IMG/VR virus record: IMGVR_UViG_3300012979_000041 | Span: 6,377-70,376 of that record | Origin: a virus | Lineage: Duplodnaviria; Caudoviricetes | DNA length: 64,000 nucleotides | Strand: one strand, 5' to 3' | Shown here: one piece after another, positions 57,063-64,000 of the stretch | Layout of the letters: each line of letters opens with the position of its first letter | Position numbering within the stretch: the first letter of the stretch is position 1 | Program-made: the position numbers and the translations under genes | The notes under the pieces: model-generated | Told to the model about the DNA's origin: nothing | The model's database searches: none | The model's input: only the letters and a program-made list of their open reading frames with translations

Positions 57063-57716
57063 TTACGCGGCTTTGATTTTATTTAAGAGGACTTCGAGTT
57101 TGTTTACATCGCGACAGGTCTTATAGTTAACCTGTCCAATGATCGGAACAATGGTGTTGTTTGCGAAAGCAACCTTTTCGTCCTTGTTCATGGAGGTTGT
57201 TACTTTCTTGATTTCAGAATCGATTTGTTGGATGACCGCAGAGATCTGAGCCATTTGCTTTACTTTCTCTGCCTCGGCCGCTTTCTTTTCTTCGATCGCG
57301 GCTTCTGGTAGATCTTCGCCGGCATAGATATATAGGCCAAGACCGTGTCTTGCGATAGCTTTTGTAAGTGATCTCTGAATAGTCTTGTTTACGTCACATG
57401 AGGTAACGTCTTTTAGCGGGATGGATGCATTCTTGTAATTCATCACAGGAAGGTACTCAATGTGTTCCAAAGAATACTCGTTATCAACGATTGTAACTCC
57501 TGTTTTGACCCAGCAAGTTTTTCCATCGCTGAAGTAATTCCAGCCGTCTGGATTCTCATAAATCGTATAATAGCTTTCGGGATAGCACTCTTTTGCAATA
57601 CCCCACGCCCATGCCCAAGAAAGATAAGAAAGTCCGTTCTTCTTTTCGACGTGGGCGCTACAGTCGATTGCGTTTAGAGTATTGAAAATTGATTCTTGTT
57701 TCGAGATGTTTGTCAT
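57063..57716 (-). CDS. Sak3/DUF1071-like single-strand annealing recombinase
   Basis: EKKNGLSYLSWAWAW, NKTIQRSLTKAIARHGLGLYIYAGEDLP. Confidence 0.88.
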   Translation of the reverse strand: MTNISKQESIFNTLNAIDCSAHVEKKNGLSYLSWAWAWGIAKECYPESYYTIYENPDGWNYFSDGKTCWVKTGVTIVDNEYSLEHIEYLPVMNYKNASIPLKDVTSCDVNKTIQRSLTKAIARHGLGLYIYAGEDLPEAAIEEKKAAEAEKVKQMAQISAVIQQIDSEIKKVTTSMNKDEKVAFANNTIVPIIGQVNYKTCRDVNKLEVLLNKIKAA

Positions 57717-58084
57717 TATGTTCGTCTCCTTCGTTGCGGTAGGTGAGGTTTGTGATCGGTGAACTCCATAACCTCACATGTCGGCTCCCTTGCCTATACC
57801 GTGTTGATAGGGGGAACATATTGTTGTCTTTCACGCTATCGTTTTAGACCACTATCAGTCTCTTTTTTAGCGACTGGAACTCGCATAATAAAAGTTGCTG
57901 TTCCTAGAGGATTGCCTTGTTTATCGCATTCGAACCAAAACATTCCTCCGTGAGGGTAATATTTTTTGGTTTTCTCATGCGAGTAGTGTTTGTCGTTGTG
58001 CATATGGTCTCTGGTACGATAGCTACACAGAAAATCGATCATATCATCGTTGCCAAGGAGAGATGTTACAAGAACCTTGCTCAT
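57716..58084 (-). CDS. Hypothetical protein (2 TAG)
   Basis: Reading through two TAGs ends at a TAA overlapping the Sak3 ATG (TAATG). Confidence 0.55.
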
Positions 58085-58237
58085 GTTACGCTAAGCGTTG
58101 TTCTCGTTTTGTTTCGCTACTCGCCAACATGAACGATTTTCTGATGTTCCTTGTGATTTACACTAGATATAGGAGGGGATAATGATACCGTTTTTCTAGT
58201 CTTCCTCTGCAACGATGCCGAGATAGCAATACAAGCG

Positions 58238-61200
58238 TTATCCACCGTCCTTTACTTTGTTTTTGTAGTACTTTTTGTTTACAGTTTTTCGCAGATTAGA
58301 CGAATGCTCTTGTTGACAACTTAAGCAGCGGCATTGTCTTGAGTTTTTTCTTTCGCAAATCGCTCCGCAATCTATACATTCAAAGAAACCTTTGGATTCA
58401 TGAATACAAATATGTCCGCTTGCCCAGTTCGGTATTTTCGCACCGCAATTTGAACAAACGTAGTATGAAGTTAAATTGGCCTTTAGATGCTTAATGGCAA
58501 TGTCTCCATATAATTTCCAAAAGATTTGTTTGCAATTGTATTTATTGAAGTTTTTTCCGGTAAACAAATGTTTAACCATAACAGGATAGGTGTTCTCAAG
58601 ACTGCCAAATTCTTCTATCTAGCGATGTTCTATGTCTTCTTTGACAAAATCCAAACCAAGAATATTGTATCTTTCGTTATTCTCCTATGCCAGGTTGAAT
58701 ATGATCGTGTTTGGTTTGTTACTGTCATTGGAAGAAAGAAAAATGTCAATAATTCTATTAGCTGCGTTTTGATCGAATTGTTTACGGGCATCTGGTTTAG
58801 GCATCTACATTTGCCAATTGAATGGTGGAACTCCAGGAATTCTACTACTAATTTGTTTAATATTGTCGAATCGAGAACAGATTCTATTCATGACGGACTC
58901 GTTGGGTTTGCAATAAGTTTTTTGATCCTCAGTGCATACATCCAGAAAGCGTCTGCCATTTTTTGAATACTGGAAAAAATGAGGCATACGTCCAGAAGGA
59001 CCGCCTGTTGCTTTGTTGATGCGTGAAAGCATGGCAGGATAATCTTTGTAGCCGTTGATTTTTCCTGTTTTTGCAGCATCGATTACTTGGTTGTTGTAGT
59101 AACAAAGCATAGCCGCAGCAAATCGATCGGGTTCATCGCGGTTCCACAACTTCGTCAAAGCATTGCTTACTTGACCGATGCCGCTATATTCATGAGCTCG
59201 TTTCAAGCCTTTGAACATAGTTTCTCTCGACAGCAACTCAGCGGAAGCTTTGTTTGCATCATAAAACAGAGGAACCACATCGTATTTCTTTAGGTTTCGC
59301 TCTGCGATTTCTACGATAAGCGGATCTACAATAACGTTCAGCTGATCACCATCGACATCGAATTGTAGAATTCGAGATATCAGATCGTGGCAGCTGGTAT
59401 ATATGCCTTTAGTGTAAAACCAATGATAGATAGCCGGGTCATGGACGATTGTACGAACAGCGTGTTCCATATAGAGCATTGAAAATCCCTGGATTTCTCC
59501 AGGGAGTAGACTATATCATCATCCTGCAGTAGGATGCGTTGCGCTTCGGGAAACAGAATTTCACTGTTCCCTACTCTCTTCCGAGATAGTCGTTACACCT
59601 TCTGATGTATCATCAGCTTGGCACGGAGTTGTCATGCGATATATGTCGGCTAATGCACTAAGGAGCTCGTAGATAACGTTTTGGTTATACCATATTTGAT
59701 ACAATGGGATATTGTGTTCTTCGCAATAACTAACTTTAAGAGCATCAGTTTCTTCACGCTGTTGTTTGCCAAATTTTTGGTTTCGTTTTATTGAATGTTG
59801 TTCTCCTTGATATTCGAGAACAGCAAGCAATCGCTCTTCGTTGTCGTAGAAAGCGAAATCAAATCGCAGCAATCCGCCGCGTGAACTAACGAGATTCGGA
59901 AAAGAAACTTCTTTCTTAACTTTGAGATCGAGTCCATTGAGAAATTTCGTAATCGTTTCTTCTGCAAAAGATTGAGTACAGCCACAGCTCTTTACAAGAC
60001 CTCTGAGTAAATGATTGCTACGTACGACTGTTTTAGACCCACATTCGCATTGACATGTCCACATTGCTTTGCGTGTTTTCTCGTCGTTTCCAGCGAATTC
60101 TATTACTGTTAACTTACCAAACTGTTGGCCTGTTAAATCTTGTTTTCGAGCTTGCGCACTTGCTTTTGCAGGAATCTTAGTTTTAGCCCACGCGGAGCTA
60201 GTTTCTCGATGAAGGCAGCCGCAGCTTTTCGTATTGCCGTGTAAAAGATGAGATCCGTCACCGATATATTGGTTTCCACATTCACATTGGCACAACCATC
60301 GAGTACGAGATCGACCGTTTGGTTGGATATAATTTGGCAGTCGACTAATAACAGTAAGTCTACCGAATGTTTGTCCAGTTAAGTCTTTAAGTTTGCTCAT
60401 TAGTACACCTCCTTTCGTTTAGATTTCTCCGTTAGCCGCAAGAATTCTTGCGACACCGTTTATACGTTCACAACGTTATTCGACTTGCATTGCTGCAAGA
60501 AGGCACCTCTGTTGATGCGGACTACGTAACACATCTGCTTTATCGTATTGCTCATAGACTTTACAAGCTACTTCACCGTCTTGAAGCTAACCATGCGGCT
60601 CTTTGATTCCGAGAAACCAAAACTCACAAGCTGCATACATGTCAGGTATTGCAAACAAACGTTTATTCCGGCATTTAATTTTACCGGAACGTGCATCCTA
60701 CACCCAGCGCCGCTTAATATCTTTCAGAGTATTGCGAGCATATGCTTCGCGCAGCAACTCTGGATAAAAATATAAAGCTTGTCTATATGGAGAATCAGAG
60801 TTTTCTTCAGCGTTTAAAACACGAAGCATTGTATCCTTATCTTCGCTGATTGATTCGATTTTCTGCTTAGTCGGACGAATAAACTAATCGATCTCGCGAT
60901 CTGAGAAATCCGTAAGCGTTTGAATCATCTGATAGTTTAGATAAGTATCGGCAATATAGTCTTCTTCATAGTTTGTTGCACACTAATGACAGCCACATTC
61001 TTTGAAACATCGCTTATAATGATCCCAATCGTCATAGTATTTGGCTAGTTTGAATTGAGACTCTGTGAAGATGACACGAATGTTCTCTTCAGCGAGATGG
61101 TGTTTGACTCCCCAATAATCTTCTATCACCGGTTCGATGCCGTGGTGTTTGCAGAATTCGAGATAATCGAAACTGGTCAACAATCCTTTAATCCAAGGCG

Positions 61201-62119
61201 CTCTGACCATGAAATTACTGCGGCTTACGGAAGGAAGCATCATTCCAATACCATCAGTATGATTGATGTTCACCGTTCGTATGCCTCGTGTCATGGTATA
61301 GTTTGGTTCGATGAAATCTAAGACGCCTGTAACAGGAGCTTCGAAATCCTTAATAACAATACATTCATCGATCGTGACGTCATTCCATTCATCAGTTGCG
61401 GAGCAGGGGAGTGCTTGATAAGCCAACAGTTTGTTGACGTTAATGCCTCCCTTTGTGTTTAGCGTTTCCCAATCCATGCCGCATTCCAGTTGTTTGTGGA
61501 TTTTTGCCCACATATCTTCTGAAACACACTGAATTTTATCGGTTCGCTATTGTCCTGCTGACGCAGTGGCAACTCTGTATTTCTTAACAATCAGACTTCC
61601 ATCTGGTTGAAGGATCGGCATGACAAATCCGTCTTTCACAAGCTGCTCAAGAAGATCGAGAGATTTCCATTTAACGATGATTTTGTCGAACGTGATATCC
61701 TAATGATTCAAACCCATAGCGCGGCTTTCCTCGGAAGAAAATTCTGCTATGCGTTTTGACATTTTCAGAGTCCACCAAGTAACTCCAGCAGGCCAGGAAA
61801 CTTCACCGTCTTCGTTGGTGAAATATTTGTAGTCGAGTACCTTGTCCAGTTGAACGTTTCTCGGTGTACCAGCATGCTTAGATATTTGTTCGGCTAGCTT
61901 GTTTTGCTAGCAGCTGCGTTCATCGCACTATCGAATGTAGTCTGGATTGTTCTTTAAATCTTTCGGCTTCAACGTTGCCCGCTAAACAGATATTTCATTT
62001 AGTTTAGTAAGAAGATCTTGGTAGATTTCTGTTTCGTCAGCGGTAAACAAATCGAAAGTTGATATTGTCATTAGTCTGATCTGATTTGACAAATATGATT
62101 TCTTGCTGATATGTATCAC
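58238..62119 (-). CDS. YonO-like single-subunit two-barrel RNA polymerase, spliced: 62119-60515, 59476-58238 (~12 TAG)
   Basis: TASAGQ*RTDK, DGIGMMLP, FMVRAPWIKGLL, LRSPH|LYMEH, QFDVDGD catalytic motif (59345-59359), C-terminal Zn fingers. Confidence 0.88.
59477..60514 (-). mobile_element. Group I intron in the RNA polymerase gene, carrying a homing endonuclease
   Basis: U/G boundaries; GTAACGACTATC and GATGATATAGTCT core; removal restores RSPHLY. Confidence 0.88.
59561..60400 (-). CDS. Intron-encoded endonuclease: two DLTG..FG.LTV..WxCxCxCG..SCGC repeats plus Vsr-like/EDxHD-type nuclease domain
   Basis: Repeated Cys-rich DNA-binding units; LRFDFA...LEYQGEQH; ends TGA inside the intron core; no TAG. 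Confidence 0.8.
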   Translation of the reverse strand: MSKLKDLTGQTFGRLTVISRLPNYIQPNGRSRTRWLCQCECGNQYIGDGSHLLHGNTKSCGCLHRETSSAWAKTKIPAKASAQARKQDLTGQQFGKLTVIEFAGNDEKTRKAMWTCQCECGSKTVVRSNHLLRGLVKSCGCTQSFAEETITKFLNGLDLKVKKEVSFPNLVSSRGGLLRFDFAFYDNEERLLAVLEYQGEQHSIKRNQKFGKQQREETDALKVSYCEEHNIPLYQIWYNQNVIYELLSALADIYRMTTPCQADDTSEGVTTISEESREQ

Positions 62120-62284
62120 CTTACCTTATACAAGTCAGCAAATATACATAAGCAAGTCATCAAAAAGATTGACATAATGAAAATATCCAGAAATAAACCT
62201 ACTCCGCTTTGTGGTAAGCCAGTGCTTAATGATTTGATGTTACTTGACAGAGACAAACAAAAACATACAGTTAGTGAAATCAAC

Positions 62285-62704
62285 TCATCCTAATGCTCTC
62301 GCCAATTCAAAAGGAACAGCTCCTTTCTCTACGTCCATTTTGTCTCCCATGTAGTATTTGATGATCTGATCGGAGCCTACCCAATCATCAAAAGTCCTGG
62401 TAGACCAGCAAGATTGATGCACTGAATAAGGTACGGCAATGATACATGGTGTGACGCGGCTTTTCATATCGTTTTTTGTAAAGTGGCAATCATGTCCATA
62501 GTAGTTATCACATGGTTGAAGAACGATATAATCGAAAGGAAAAGCCAGATCGACATAGCCGGAAATAAACTGCTCATAGACTAAACCCGCATTGCAGTCG
62601 TATGGAGCGTCGTTCCAATCGTCGCCGTAATAATCGAAACAATCGTTGTTTCCAAGATAGAAACGAACAACGTTTCCTTTTTGTTCGAAATCGATTATCT
62701 TCAC
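62285..62704 (-). CDS. Hypothetical phage protein (139 aa)
   Basis: MKIIDFEQKGNVVRFYLG..YGDDWNDAPYDCNAG; complete ORF ending TGA. Confidence 0.75.
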   Translation of the reverse strand: MKIIDFEQKGNVVRFYLGNNDCFDYYGDDWNDAPYDCNAGLVYEQFISGYVDLAFPFDYIVLQPCDNYYGHDCHFTKNDMKSRVTPCIIAVPYSVHQSCWSTRTFDDWVGSDQIIKYYMGDKMDVEKGAVPFELARALG

Positions 62705-63057
62705 GTTGCTGTTTCTCCGTTTCTTGATTCATACAGTCTCAGACTCGTGAGAGCTTTTCGTGCAGCGGAAGCCATTTGCACATGTTTAGCTATTGATTCA
62801 GCTGCGTTGTTTTGAATTTCTATCAACGTTGCTTCGATCATGTGGCTTTCGCTTTGACGCAGATTTCTTTTGAAGATATTCATGTCGATTTCAATCTTCT
62901 TTTCTAGTTCGCTGGTGACGCCTTCTAATTCAGAAATAACGCCAAATACTTCGTGCGGAGATCTGAAATATAAGCCAGAATCCAGCCTTTTGTATGTGTC
63001 GTCATTTTCGATCAATGTGTTTATTGTGCAGTTTGATTTATCAATCAAAGACAACAC
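62701..63057 (-). CDS. MazG-like helical protein (tentative)
   Basis: FRSPHEVFGVISELE resembles phage MazG-like motif; ATGA overlap with next gene. Confidence 0.45.
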   Translation of the reverse strand: MLSLIDKSNCTINTLIENDDTYKRLDSGLYFRSPHEVFGVISELEGVTSELEKKIEIDMNIFKRNLRQSESHMIEATLIEIQNNAAESIAKHVQMASAARKALTSLRLYESRNGETAT

Positions 63058-63280
63058 CTCTCATTCTGATCGAATATGCCTATCGAAAAATAGACAAGTT
63101 AATCACTCCTTTATATATATTGATTCCATCGAGAATGGCGACGTGGTGCGGGTTTGCATTCTCGTTGAATGGAATGTCTAACAAGAGAGTTCATATTGCG
63201 GTCTTCGTCGAACCGAGGAGACTCTACGCGCATAAGGATAACCATAATTAAAATAATACTGATCAGCAGCCAGACCATAA

Positions 63281-63661
63281 TTATCTCCAAATAATATTAG
63301 ACGGCTTATCTACCGTCCAATGATATTCACATAATTCGTTTCTGCCTGCTTGCCAATATTCGTCCCAGGTGTCGTCGCGGCTTTCGCCTTCTCCGTGAAG
63401 ACAGAAAGTAAGTTGAGGATAAGCTTCGCTGATTACTTTCATGTCGTCCGAGTGAGAATACCATTTGACATCATCATACGTATCGAAGAAAACTTCTTGA
63501 TAATTTGGATGCTTTTCAATTTCGGTCCAACTATCGTCCAAAGCGTATTTCAATATGTTGGCGTTTTTCAAACTCTCCTTGAGTCTGTCTAACAAAGATT
63601 GGTCAATAGTCTCTGCTTGCGCGGTTAATGTGTATGAAGTATAGTATCCGATTAGAATCAC
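63281..63661 (-). CDS. Hypothetical phage protein (126 aa)
   Basis: KWYSHSDDMKVIS..YP..TFCLHGEGE..D.W; complete ORF ending TAA. Confidence 0.7.
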   Translation of the reverse strand: MILIGYYTSYTLTAQAETIDQSLLDRLKESLKNANILKYALDDSWTEIEKHPNYQEVFFDTYDDVKWYSHSDDMKVISEAYPQLTFCLHGEGESRDDTWDEYWQAGRNELCEYHWTVDKPSNIIWR

Positions 63662-63675
63662 CTTTTTTGCCTAAA

Positions 63676-63695
63676 TTTTCTTATCAATGATAGAA
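63676..63695. promoter_or_regulatory. Third copy of the operator-like motif
   Basis: Exact match to 37394-37413; intergenic, upstream of the RBS of the 63661 gene. Confidence 0.5.
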
Positions 63696-63708
63696 TTTTT
63701 TAGAGGTC

Positions 63709-64000
63709 TTACTCGGTTGGTGAGGAATCTTCCATCGCTGTATCGAAGTCGTCTAAATTAAATCTGTGAGCAACTTCATATATAGCCAAACATTCTATTG
63801 AATCCTTTATCGATTCATAAGAATACTGCGAATGAACAAGATCGATGAGTTTCTCTTTGAACCAGACAGAAAATTCTTCTTCTGTCATTTTGCTGACCTC
63901 TTGATATTCTGGAAGAATGGTGGTCATGATATCGCCGGAAGACAAAGAATACTCGTACATACGATCAAGACGCACATCGATGGTGAACTTTGTAAGTTTA
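63709..64000 (-). CDS. Hypothetical protein, 5' end probably outside the window
   Basis: Frame is open to the window edge; ends TAA at 63709. Confidence 0.55.
   Translation of the reverse strand, partial: KLTKFTIDVRLDRMYEYSLSSGDIMTTILPEYQEVSKMTEEEFSVWFKEKLIDLVHSQYSYESIKDSIECLAIYEVAHRFNLDDFDTAMEDSSPTE

Larger units (their letters stand above)
1..64000. mobile_element. Segment of a large temperate tailed phage genome (siphovirus-like) using TAG as a sense codon (Leu)
   Basis: Continuous phage gene content (capsid, tail, TMP, lysis, integrase, attP, replication); no host housekeeping block; phage genes on both sides of the att core. Confidence 0.95.

Noticed and set aside
734-62119. TAG->Gln (translation table 15), as in Lak and crAss-like phages
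   Set aside because: Conserved positions in ThyX, DnaE, DUF3310, NrdD, Dit, RNAP and the internal paralogue alignment call for Leu or a hydrophobic residue; Gln would disrupt many core motifs.
1-64000. Pyrrolysine or selenocysteine decoding
   Set aside because: TAG is far too frequent and sits at Leu positions; no pyl or sel genes seen; TGA acts as a normal stop.
1-64000. Suppressor tRNA-Leu(CUA), release factor or aminoacyl-tRNA synthetase gene
   Set aside because: None recognised by eye in this window; predicted to lie elsewhere in the genome or in the host. Needs tRNAscan-SE/ARAGORN to exclude.

Overview
The whole window is part of a large temperate siphovirus-type phage genome, probably infecting a Clostridia-like Firmicute. 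The + strand (1-36979) runs capsid end, neck/tail genes, a giant tape measure protein, tail tip/receptor-binding genes, lysis cassette and integrase. An attP core (3' half of tRNA-Trp) follows, then a long - strand arm of nucleotide-metabolism, replication and transcription genes. The supplied ORF track is fragmented because TAG is not a stop here: real genes end in TAA/TGA and carry many in-frame TAGs. At conserved positions these TAGs align with LEUCINE (ThyX AREV*PNS and KAN*REW, DnaE GY*KADFL, DUF3310 FN*GNAIKY, and two sites where an internal paralogous repeat has Leu), not glutamine as in the recoded phages I know of. The 3554-aa tape measure protein carries an N-terminal two-barrel RNA polymerase (QARxGxxxKG, NRAP, DADFDGD), and a second, YonO-like RNA polymerase lies on the - strand. 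Also present: five group I introns (two with homing endonucleases), a -1 frameshift tail chaperone, a RemA-like regulator, and one PIF1-like helicase moron that appears to use TAG as a true stop. In all translations * marks an in-frame TAG. TAG counts and family assignments are by manual reading and recalled motifs; no database search was run.
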